Virus record (IMG/VR): IMGVR_UViG_3300035698_022762
Span: 16,389 to 80,388 of that record
DNA length: 64,000 bases
Strand: one strand, 5' to 3'
Origin: a virus
Of the stretch, positions 20,011-28,500 are shown one piece after another. The notes under the pieces were generated by a model. It did no database searches and was not told the origin of the DNA. It saw only the letters and a program-made list of their open reading frames with translations. The position numbers and the translations under genes are program-made. Position 1 is the stretch's first letter. Each line of letters begins with the position of its first letter.

Positions 20011-21065
20011 TTTGATCTTATACTCCGTATTGATTTATTTAATATTGTGTCTTTTTCAAAACTGCGTATTTGGCTTTTAATGTACGAATCGATTAATCTT
20101 AAAGATGAATCTTCTAACATTTTATTCCAATCTTTATATTTTTTTGGCGGAAAGACATATTTCATTTTTTTAAATCCATTTTTCAACAACATGTCGCCAA
20201 TGTCCAATAATGCTTTGACCCCTGATTGATCGTTGTCCAAACATAAAACAGGCATAAGTCCTTCTATATAACCCATTTGCTTTTCCGATATAAATTTGCC
20301 ACCTAAAGCTGCACCTGCTTCTTTTGTGGCCAAGTGAAGTGTCTTTGCATCAAATTCTCCTTCGACCAAATAAACAGGACTTCCTTGTTTTGGCCAATTG
20401 GTCATAAAGACGACATCACTTTTACCAATGCCTATTTCTTTAGGTGGACCAAGATATCTTAACGCTTTTTTATTGTTTCCAATGAATCTAGTATTAAAAT
20501 ATATCAACATGCCTTTTGAATCAAAATATGGAATCAAAATTCTATTTCCGTATTGTGTCGACATGTCAGTGCAAATCATAAAATCATCAATTGGCATTTT
20601 TCTAGAATTTAAATATATTTCTGCTTCTGTTCTGAAATAGTTTTCTTCTGGCAATTCTGAAATTCGATAAGTCCCTTCTGGAAGATCAAGACCAGATTTT
20701 AAAACTTCATTTTCAACTGGTTTTTGTCTTTTGTTTTTGAAAAAGTCTTTTATTTTTTCTTCTAGTTCTTCTAGGTTGTACTCGCCAGTTCCTAAAGTTT
20801 CTAAAGCTTCATCAAATGGACACTTATCAACCTCCATTACGAGACTGACTAACGTCCCAACTTTATCGCTTTTAAAGCAACGATAAACTCCGTAGGGGCG
20901 TTCTTTGCTTCCTAATTTGCCACCATAGGGGTTGCACCATAAATGATGTTTGAAATCATCTTCTACAAAAATAGAATTTAACTTTATCTCATTTCCTTTT
21001 ACGACAACATCGCCATCCCACCTAGATTCACACCAAGATAAAAATTTATCAAATTTAATAGACAT
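20007..21065 (-). CDS. DNA primase (TOPRIM)
   Basis: N-terminal zinc-finger-like region (YRCFKS), YLNSR, NRILIP, YLVEGEFDA and LDND TOPRIM motifs. Confidence 0.85.
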   Translation of the reverse strand: MSIKFDKFLSWCESRWDGDVVVKGNEIKLNSIFVEDDFKHHLWCNPYGGKLGSKERPYGVYRCFKSDKVGTLVSLVMEVDKCPFDEALETLGTGEYNLEELEEKIKDFFKNKRQKPVENEVLKSGLDLPEGTYRISELPEENYFRTEAEIYLNSRKMPIDDFMICTDMSTQYGNRILIPYFDSKGMLIYFNTRFIGNNKKALRYLGPPKEIGIGKSDVVFMTNWPKQGSPVYLVEGEFDAKTLHLATKEAGAALGGKFISEKQMGYIEGLMPVLCLDNDQSGVKALLDIGDMLLKNGFKKMKYVFPPKKYKDWNKMLEDSSLRLIDSYIKSQIRSFEKDTILNKSIRSIRSK

Positions 21066-21077
21066 CAAAATTCCTTA

Positions 21078-21106
21078 TTGCTTTCCTAGTTTAAATAGTA
21101 TACAAT
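21078..21106 (+). promoter_or_regulatory. Sigma70-type promoter, near-leaderless
   Basis: TTGCTT-17-TACAAT with the ATG 8 nt downstream. Confidence 0.55.
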
Positions 21107-21114
21107 TTCTCACT

Positions 21115-21894
21115 ATGCGTATCAAGAGTATATCAGTAAGTCGTTTAAACATCTGGCGAGAGTGCCAGCAGAAATATAAATATCAATATCATCTAAAACT
21201 TGATTCAATAGAAGAAGAACCTTTCTGTTTCATATATGGAAAAATAGTCCATAAAATAGCGGAAATCTATGTTGAATCTAAAGGCGATAAAACCTTATCA
21301 GAAGTCACTAAAAGTGTTTTAGATGGGGATGTACCTATAGATTATGATATTGTAAAAAATAAAGATGTGTTTGCTCCAAAATTACCACCAGATTACAAAA
21401 AAAGAATGCCAGAACATTTGAAATCTGTACAGAAATTAACAGACCAAATAGGGGTTGAAGGAATGGTCGAATACGAATTCCTTTATGATATAGACCCGCC
21501 TAATGAAAGAAAAGTTAGAGGATTTATAGATAGGCTAGTGATCAAAAATGACGAGTATTTTATTTTTGATTACAAAACATCTAAAAAGAATAAATTTAGA
21601 AAAACTAGAAGAAACATAACTTCCGATCTTCAATTGCAAACATATGCAATGGTTGTGAGAAATTTATTTAAAGTTCCAGCAAAAAAAATAACGGCTGGAC
21701 TGTATTATTTAGAAGGTGGCGAGTTGCTTGGTGCCAGTTTTAGTGAAAAAACTTTAGACAACGTACAGACTTTATTATTAGATACATATAAAGAAATAGA
21801 AAACATGCCAGAAGACGATGCTTGGGGAAATGTTGGACAACACTGCAACCGATGTGACTGGCGTAAAATATGTCCTTTTTATAGGTTAACTTAA
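21115..21894 (+). CDS. PD-(D/E)XK RecB/Cas4-like exonuclease
   Basis: ISVS..C, GKIVH, RGFIDRL, FDYKT, QLQTY and C-terminal CNRCDWRKIC (Fe-S cysteines). Confidence 0.85.
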   Translation: MRIKSISVSRLNIWRECQQKYKYQYHLKLDSIEEEPFCFIYGKIVHKIAEIYVESKGDKTLSEVTKSVLDGDVPIDYDIVKNKDVFAPKLPPDYKKRMPEHLKSVQKLTDQIGVEGMVEYEFLYDIDPPNERKVRGFIDRLVIKNDEYFIFDYKTSKKNKFRKTRRNITSDLQLQTYAMVVRNLFKVPAKKITAGLYYLEGGELLGASFSEKTLDNVQTLLLDTYKEIENMPEDDAWGNVGQHCNRCDWRKICPFYRLT

Positions 21895-22326
21895 ATGATT
21901 ACTGTTACTATTCATCATAATATATTTTTAAATATTTTGGAAAGAACCAATCTTGTATCTGGAAAAACAATAGAGAAAACAGGTGTTTGCGTATCTGTTT
22001 GGTACAACAAAGGCAAAACTTCTGAACCTGCACAAGAAGTATTTGTTAAATATATCTTAACAAATACTTCTGAAGATTCTCCAATATTATTGACCAAAGA
22101 TGGCTTTAAAATTAATCTTCCAAAACCAGAAAAATTCGAAAAAAATGAAGTTCCACCCCCTAATCCATATTATCTTTTAGATGAAAAATATGGAGGCGAA
22201 AATGGGATATTGTCTTTTAAAGAATATCATCGCACCAAAGGTAAAGAAAGAATTAATTGTTGTCATACTGTTGATATCTCAACAACAGAACAGTTGGAAA
22301 ATTCTTTAACTAGGACAATCTCGTAA
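21895..22326 (+). CDS. Hypothetical protein
   Basis: 143-aa ORF abutting the nuclease stop. Confidence 0.45.
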   Translation: MITVTIHHNIFLNILERTNLVSGKTIEKTGVCVSVWYNKGKTSEPAQEVFVKYILTNTSEDSPILLTKDGFKINLPKPEKFEKNEVPPPNPYYLLDEKYGGENGILSFKEYHRTKGKERINCCHTVDISTTEQLENSLTRTIS

Positions 22327-22815
22327 AGAAAGTCCTATTCGCATACTGATAGATTCATTCGAACTTACAGATATTGGCGAAGTAAATGGCACGCTAGATA
22401 TCAATTGACCACTGTCGTCACTAGCTGTTGTCAAAAACAAATTCTTAACTGCTAATGGATATCCACTAGCACCAGCCGAAAAAGTTAATACGGGACTATT
22501 TGTTTGAGTTACGCCACTAATGGTAGTTAATGTAAACTGCCCTGTGGATGCAATAGGTCGTCTGATATAGCCTGTACTTGCAGAAGGCTCGTTAGTTATA
22601 TCTGCTATCGTATCTGTTGCTGCTAAACTACTTCTTGTGTCCAACCCAAAATAAAAATTATCAGGTATGTCATTGCCAGTAAAAACCGCACCTAACATAA
22701 AAGCTTCACCTTCTGTGTGAAATATATTTTTCAAATTGTTGTCAGACCAAATAGTGTCACCTGATTTATTCAGGTGTTTTATTTCTAATATTTTTACTAA
22801 TCCATTCCAGTTCAT
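22306..22815 (-). CDS. Putative tail/baseplate structural protein
   Basis: FYFGL..EP..GYIR..LTFSA..LFLTT pattern of small beta-rich tail proteins. Confidence 0.55.
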   Translation of the reverse strand: MNWNGLVKILEIKHLNKSGDTIWSDNNLKNIFHTEGEAFMLGAVFTGNDIPDNFYFGLDTRSSLAATDTIADITNEPSASTGYIRRPIASTGQFTLTTISGVTQTNSPVLTFSAGASGYPLAVKNLFLTTASDDSGQLISSVPFTSPISVSSNESISMRIGLSLRDCPS

Positions 22816-22835
22816 AGTACTATATATTAGTAGCG

Positions 22836-23105
22836 ATGAACATATCTTTTAAAAAATGGTTAAATGAAATATCTCATGATAGCGGGATAATAACAAAAGC
22901 CCCTATGCCACACCAGATGGGCGTAACAGGGGCTTTTCCAGTTCATTACGGTAAAGGCAACGCTGATCCTGAAAACCAAGACGGACAACTGCCTCCGGTG
23001 GTTTCTAAGAAGAATCGAAAGCACAAGAGAACAAAAGCTCGCCGGGGATTTTTTCATCCAGAAGGAGATGCTTTTCCCATAATCTCCAAATCTTCCATTC
23101 TTTAG
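22836..23105 (+). CDS. Small protein with FxxWLNE motif (putative internal head protein)
   Basis: MNISFKKWLNE start; basic C-terminus. Confidence 0.5.
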   Translation: MNISFKKWLNEISHDSGIITKAPMPHQMGVTGAFPVHYGKGNADPENQDGQLPPVVSKKNRKHKRTKARRGFFHPEGDAFPIISKSSIL

Positions 23106-23637
23106 GATGTTCGTCTAATATAAGCTTTTGTTGTTCCAACATAATCATATTATACGTACTTACAGTAAAAGAAAACAATTTACTGTATAACATCTTATTT
23201 ATCTCGGATATGTCTGGATAATATATATCGGTAAACGCATGCCACAACCATCTTTTTTTTGCTTTTAAATGTTGTTTGGATGAATTAAATTCGTCGTAAA
23301 ACTTTTCATAAAGATTTTTTGAAATAGGATTGTTGTAAGTGTTGTAGTTTGTAGGTATGGGATTTTCTAAATAACTAAATATATTATAGCCCGGAACAAC
23401 AACACGTTTATCGTTAAATGGGTCTTGTGTAAAAAATTCGATCATTTCTGGCAATGGTTGATCTTTTTTGCATTCTGAAATCTTCCACTGTTTTACATAC
23501 CAGCCATCATCTAATTTGTCTAAATGTATAACCAATCTTTCTTTCACCCATCTACCAATAAGAAATACAGTAATTGGGTATTCTACAATATTCCCAATAG
23601 TTCCAGACCTAATTAAATATTCTATTCCTAAATTCAT
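23005..23637 (-). CDS. Hypothetical protein
   Basis: 210-aa ORF. Confidence 0.55.
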   Translation of the reverse strand: MNLGIEYLIRSGTIGNIVEYPITVFLIGRWVKERLVIHLDKLDDGWYVKQWKISECKKDQPLPEMIEFFTQDPFNDKRVVVPGYNIFSYLENPIPTNYNTYNNPISKNLYEKFYDEFNSSKQHLKAKKRWLWHAFTDIYYPDISEINKMLYSKLFSFTVSTYNMIMLEQQKLILDEHPKEWKIWRLWEKHLLLDEKIPGELLFSCAFDSS

Positions 23638-23641
23638 TTAA

Positions 23642-23845
23642 CTATAAATCATTCCATTCGTCTTCTTCGTCTTCTTCTTCTTCGTCATCGTCTTCCCATT
23701 CTTCTTCATCGTCGTCATCATCAATATCATAGTAAAGATCATCTTCATCTTCATCATCATCTTCGAAATCATCATCATCAAAATCGTCACCGTCCCAAAT
23801 GCTATCTTCGTTGTCGTCGTCCCAAACACTTTTAGTATGCGCCAT
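23642..23845 (-). CDS. Extremely acidic small protein
   Basis: 67 aa, mostly D/E with spaced aromatic residues; AAGGAG RBS. Confidence 0.65.
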   Translation of the reverse strand: MAHTKSVWDDDNEDSIWDGDDFDDDDFEDDDEDEDDLYYDIDDDDDEEEWEDDDEEEEDEEDEWNDL

Positions 23846-23893
23846 TTTTTTTCTCCTTAATTTTGAATTAGTTTTTGATACATATTAAATAGA

Positions 23894-24367
23894 ATGCGAT
23901 TAACAATTTTTAAAACTATTTTTTTAATTTTTATAGCTATTTCTTTCAATGGATGCATTGCACTTACCCCATTGAAAGCAGTAGCTGGTCCCTTAATAGA
24001 TGCTTATGTGATTTGGCGAGATGGCGAAGCACACAAATTCTATTATTATGACAGTAAAGTAGTATATCGAGCAGCTAGACGTGCTTCAATAAAAATGGAT
24101 ATGGAAATAGAAAAAACATTGCCTCCCAATAAAAAAGATTATAAATTTGTGGCAGGGGGGAATAACAAATTTAAAATCCACATTGAACATTATGATCTTA
24201 ACATCACAAGATTAAACGTTAGAATAAACTTTTTAGGCGACAAACAATTTGCTGAACTGTTTTATTCTCTAGTTGATAAAGAATTAAATAGAATAGACTA
24301 TCTCCCCACAGGCCGTCCGGGAAATTTAGATGAAATAGGCACTTTAAAAGAAATTTTGAAGCTTTAA
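23894..24367 (+). CDS. Lipoprotein, DUF3568-like
   Basis: Signal peptide with lipobox FNGC; GE..VYRAA..RINFLGD pattern. Confidence 0.55.
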   Translation: MRLTIFKTIFLIFIAISFNGCIALTPLKAVAGPLIDAYVIWRDGEAHKFYYYDSKVVYRAARRASIKMDMEIEKTLPPNKKDYKFVAGGNNKFKIHIEHYDLNITRLNVRINFLGDKQFAELFYSLVDKELNRIDYLPTGRPGNLDEIGTLKEILKL

Positions 24368-25746
24368 TCGATAAAATTCCTAATCAGTTTTCCATTTTTC
24401 ACAAACCACTTTTTGTCAATGTTCAAATTTTCATCTTGGTTAAATTCTACTTCTTCGTTCTCATAAATGGAATTTAAACAATACGCAGCATCAATTAAAC
24501 AATCTTCTTCTTCGCTTCTTATTTCTTCAATTAAATTCCCATGTTGATCAAACTCAAAATAAATATCATTTGGTATTTCTATTTCCAAATTGAATAAAGG
24601 GTTTTCGTTTTTACTTAATGAGCGAACCATATAATCAGATAAAACAACAGTTTTGTTTGTAGACAATTTTGCTATAGTGCCTGTAGGATGTTCATATATC
24701 TCATTTGGTTCAAAGTCTAAGTCAGACCATTTTTTTCCAGAAAGCATAGAAACTTTTTGTTCAATAATTTTACGTTGCGTAAACACCGTTCGCATGATAT
24801 CTGAATTTTTTCCGCCATTACGACGCTCTATAGCAAGCATGGTTTTTGCAACACCATTTAAAAAATTCTTGGTTCTTGGCGCTTTTTTGGAAGCGAGTAA
24901 AAAGCATTTTAACAATTGGTTTCTAGCTTCTATTAAAGCCAATTCTGGTGATTGCGAATTCATTTCTCTTTCGAAAATCCTTACCATAATTTCATACCAA
25001 GCTCCAACGAAAACTCTGCCAAAACTGTGACATTCAGCAGCTAGTTCATCATGTGGGGCATTTTCATTTAAAAATGCAGGATTTATATAATTGAATTTTT
25101 TAGTGGCGTCTCGTAAAGAATCGTGCCAATTCCTGTTTTTGCCTTGGGTAGATTTGTATATCAATATGCCTACTTCTTCGCCTACTCTAGAAATAACGTT
25201 GGTTCCCATCAAATTACCATCTGTTTCTTTTAAAGCGTACTTTATGACTGAATCATATTCCATGATAGAGCAAATAGCTGTAATGTCAGCAAAAGCTTCA
25301 TGAAAAGACCAAGTTTCTAATGATGGCAATGCCCACAAATCTTTTCTCAATGCATCTAATATAGCATGTCCCAATTCGTGGGCAACAATGTCTGCTGAAT
25401 CCGCCGTATATATTGTTTTATCTTCAGCAGTGTGATAAAAGAATTTTAAAGATTTTCTATCATAAAAAGCATTTATGTTTTCACCGGCTCTAGGATACGC
25501 TTTTAGTGTGTCGACAGCAGCCCATTTTTGAAAAGGACGATCTAAAGTGTGTTGCATTAAATTTATGCAATTAGTTAACGTTACATAACATCCAGTTGCT
25601 TGTGATTTTTCAGACCCAAATTTTGGTATACCCTTTCTAGGCTTACCAACAACTTGAATGTTGGGGAATGTCGATTCTGGAATTTCTGTATCAATTACCA
25701 AATTGGGGGTAGTAGGGTCATTAACTAAATATTTGAATTTTGACAT
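24364..25746 (-). CDS. Zinc metallopeptidase (M4/M36 gluzincin-like)
   Basis: NAFYD, DIVAHELGHA (HExxH), HEAFAD (third ligand) and ECHSFG. Confidence 0.8.
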   Translation of the reverse strand: MSKFKYLVNDPTTPNLVIDTEIPESTFPNIQVVGKPRKGIPKFGSEKSQATGCYVTLTNCINLMQHTLDRPFQKWAAVDTLKAYPRAGENINAFYDRKSLKFFYHTAEDKTIYTADSADIVAHELGHAILDALRKDLWALPSLETWSFHEAFADITAICSIMEYDSVIKYALKETDGNLMGTNVISRVGEEVGILIYKSTQGKNRNWHDSLRDATKKFNYINPAFLNENAPHDELAAECHSFGRVFVGAWYEIMVRIFEREMNSQSPELALIEARNQLLKCFLLASKKAPRTKNFLNGVAKTMLAIERRNGGKNSDIMRTVFTQRKIIEQKVSMLSGKKWSDLDFEPNEIYEHPTGTIAKLSTNKTVVLSDYMVRSLSKNENPLFNLEIEIPNDIYFEFDQHGNLIEEIRSEEEDCLIDAAYCLNSIYENEEVEFNQDENLNIDKKWFVKNGKLIRNFID

Positions 25747-25775
25747 AAAATCTCCTTTTACTAATATCTATTAAT

Positions 25776-26366
25776 ATGAATGATAAAGAAAAAAGAATTC
25801 AAGAACAAAGAACAATAGAAGCGGCCAAAAAGAATTTGTCCATAAAGGGCATTTGTATAGCAAAAAACTTAGGACAACCAATGGTGCTTCATGATATTGG
25901 AGGATTTTCAGAAAAATATGAAGCTATGGATGTCTACAATCTAGATGATGAACCAAATGAAAATGAAATGCCTTATTATCTTGAAAGTGGCGGGACGTTT
26001 TTGGAAGAACCTTATTCTAGTGAGTGGCAAGAAAGAAATTATAACATAGATCGCACACAACCAGCAATGCTTGGGTATTATTACAATGGACTTAGAAGTG
26101 GATTTAATTTGGAAATAAAACAGTCTATTATAGAAAAAGTTTTAATTATAAGACATGCTGGAAAAGAGGTTTATAAAGACTTCGGTGGGGATTTACACAT
26201 ATACGTTCCAGACGACACATGGGAGAATATGATTAATGTATTGTACAATTCAGCATTAAAAGTAAAAAAGAATACTACTAAAATCAAAAAAGAAGAAATG
26301 AAAAAAGATACAGATAAAAAAATAAAAGATTTTTGGAATAAAATAAAATCAAAATGGGGAGTTTAG
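25776..26366 (+). CDS. Hypothetical protein
   Basis: 196-aa ORF. Confidence 0.6.
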   Translation: MNDKEKRIQEQRTIEAAKKNLSIKGICIAKNLGQPMVLHDIGGFSEKYEAMDVYNLDDEPNENEMPYYLESGGTFLEEPYSSEWQERNYNIDRTQPAMLGYYYNGLRSGFNLEIKQSIIEKVLIIRHAGKEVYKDFGGDLHIYVPDDTWENMINVLYNSALKVKKNTTKIKKEEMKKDTDKKIKDFWNKIKSKWGV

Positions 26367-26845
26367 GTTAAAATAATATATGCTAATATTCCTATTAGTA
26401 TGATTACTATCCCCCATAAAAAATCGAATTTTACAAAACTAGATTTTTTATTCTTTTTTTTCTCAATAATTGAGGAAGCAGAAACGTTGACATTTTCTTT
26501 GGTTAAAATCCTTACAACTCTAAGTAATGCTTCTTTCAAATCGTATCTAGTTACATAATTGTCTTCATCGTTTTTCAACGCACTAACGTTTTCTTCTTCT
26601 TTTTCTTCTAAAGGATGTTCAATGTGTTCTATTGAAGAATCAATGATTTGTCCATCTTCATTGTAATCAAATACTTCTCTTTTAACTATAACTGGCTCTT
26701 TGTATTCGACGATCTTTTTTTCTAGATATTTAGGCAATTCTGGTTCTACATACAATTCTACAGTTTTGGTGTTCCCATCAATAGATGTTACACGTTTTCC
26801 TTTACGACCATCTTCCAACCAAATTAATTCAATAGTTTTTTCCAT
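26363..26845 (-). CDS. Hypothetical protein with C-terminal membrane anchor
   Basis: Hydrophobic tail FLWGIVIILIGILAYIILT. Confidence 0.6.
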   Translation of the reverse strand: MEKTIELIWLEDGRKGKRVTSIDGNTKTVELYVEPELPKYLEKKIVEYKEPVIVKREVFDYNEDGQIIDSSIEHIEHPLEEKEEENVSALKNDEDNYVTRYDLKEALLRVVRILTKENVNVSASSIIEKKKNKKSSFVKFDFLWGIVIILIGILAYIILT

Positions 26846-27990
26846 TAATTAGCCTGTGTCCAATCTGGTGAAATCAAATCTGCTGCTCTCAAACGATGGG
26901 GAGTTTCGGTGATTTCAGTTGGAGCATCATTGTCTGTATCGCCAGTTGCGTATACATAAGTAATTCTTTTAGCTAAATCTCCAACTTTAGCACCAGCAGA
27001 ATACTCAATGACCTGAACGACGTTAGGTATAGTTGCCCCATCCACCCATCTTTTTCTAAAAATAAATAGTCCCGAACGTCCTGCAAGCAACTCATAATCT
27101 TTTTTCATTTTTGAATATAGATTTGCAGTTGTACCATCAGGACTTGCAAGCTCAAGTAGCCTACCTGAATTGTTTCTTGCGTTTTTCAATATTGCAATAT
27201 CGATTGGAGTGTATACTTCTGCATAATCGCCTGTTAGTGCGTCACTAGAAGTATTGCCTGTTCCACTAATTGTAATTGTATTTACGGAAGGTACGGCAAT
27301 GCTTGCATCTACACCATCTACAGATGTTTGAGAATTAGAATTCTTAACAATGACTTCCATCGTTGCAGACAAACCATGATTTGCTATTGTTATAGTTGGA
27401 GTTGTGTTTTTGTTTATAGCAGTTACCTCCAAATATAAAGGTACCAATATGTTGACACCATCAGAGTAGTTCAACACTTGGTCTACACCATGTCTATAAA
27501 AATAGTTCGGAATATCTGCTACGCCTGCTAAGTAATTGAATTTCAATAACCTTTCAAGACCTGTGTTGACAACATAAAATCTCATTCTATCTTTAGATTT
27601 TTTTTGCTTAATGGAAACGTATCTGCTGTTTGAACTTTTATTTGTCAATTCAAGAGTAGCGACAAACAAATCACTAAATCCTGAATTACTATTCAATTCA
27701 TTTACAATAGTCTCTTGATCTACTGATGAGGAACTAGTCAAGGTTACGCTTAGAGTTTGCCAATGTTTGTACTCATTTTCGCTAAATGAATATTTTATTG
27801 TCAAAACTTCTGAATCGTTACCGTTTTCATCGGTTCCAGATAAGTCATATGGCGAATCGCCCCAACTTCTAACAAAATCATCGCCACGACCAGTATTTGG
27901 TTTAACAATAAATGTTGGCTGATGATGTCTGTCGCCTAAAACTAGACTACCTACGAATTCTTGAGAAAATGGATTTTGAAAATATGGCAT
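26845..27990 (-). CDS. Putative virion structural protein
   Basis: 381 aa, S/T/N-rich; AATATATA motif upstream. Confidence 0.55.
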   Translation of the reverse strand: MPYFQNPFSQEFVGSLVLGDRHHQPTFIVKPNTGRGDDFVRSWGDSPYDLSGTDENGNDSEVLTIKYSFSENEYKHWQTLSVTLTSSSSVDQETIVNELNSNSGFSDLFVATLELTNKSSNSRYVSIKQKKSKDRMRFYVVNTGLERLLKFNYLAGVADIPNYFYRHGVDQVLNYSDGVNILVPLYLEVTAINKNTTPTITIANHGLSATMEVIVKNSNSQTSVDGVDASIAVPSVNTITISGTGNTSSDALTGDYAEVYTPIDIAILKNARNNSGRLLELASPDGTTANLYSKMKKDYELLAGRSGLFIFRKRWVDGATIPNVVQVIEYSAGAKVGDLAKRITYVYATGDTDNDAPTEITETPHRLRAADLISPDWTQAN

Positions 27991-28057
27991 TATATATCTT
28001 TCTTTATTTTGGTACTTTATATATTAAAGTTTATTCTTTAATTATTTAGCAAACAAA

Positions 28058-28100
28058 TTTAAAAAACCGCCTGCGAATTAACGCAAGGCGGTTTTTTAAA
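28058..28100. terminator. Rho-independent terminator (bidirectional form)
   Basis: AAAAAACCGCCTGCG-AATTAA-CGCAAGGCGGTTTTTT. Confidence 0.8.
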
Positions 28101-28118
28101 ACTAAATTGTCTTTTTTT

Positions 28119-28409
28119 TTAGACATTAAGATATTCTTGTACCAAAGTGGTATTAGAATATCTCGATTCTGGCGTGTTTTTTCTTAGAATGCGTCTTTTG
28201 TCAATTTGACCTATTTTGGCAATTTGACTAAGACTATATTTTTTAAATGGGGCATCATTCGGAGTGCGAACAACGTTCCCTTCACGTATTTCCACACCTT
28301 TTATGTGGGTTGCTGTTCGATCTGTTACGAGAACAGTTCGGCGAACTGGATGTGTGTGGCTGTTACCTTTGTAGAAAAATCTCGCTACGTTCAAATTCTT
28401 TTTAGACAT
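28119..28409 (-). CDS. WYL-like small protein
   Basis: RFFY..RRTV..IKGVEIRE..FKKYSLSQI pattern; AGGAGG RBS and TGnTATAAT promoter upstream of MSKKNL. Confidence 0.45.
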   Translation of the reverse strand: MSKKNLNVARFFYKGNSHTHPVRRTVLVTDRTATHIKGVEIREGNVVRTPNDAPFKKYSLSQIAKIGQIDKRRILRKNTPESRYSNTTLVQEYLNV

Positions 28410-28500
28410 GTTGTGTCCTCCTATTTGAAGTAAATTATAACATTCCAATATGAAAAAACAATGCTATTTCGTTATATAATTAAAGAAAGGTGATTTTATC

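Noticed and set aside
20950-21114. 55-aa N-terminal extension of the nuclease in the ORF track
   Set aside because: It overlaps the primase gene and the promoter; family motifs begin at MRIKSISVS (21115).
23638-23829. Alternative-frame ORF rich in M/T/K
   Set aside because: It is a frame-shifted reading of GAT/GAC/GAA codons; the acidic frame has the RBS.
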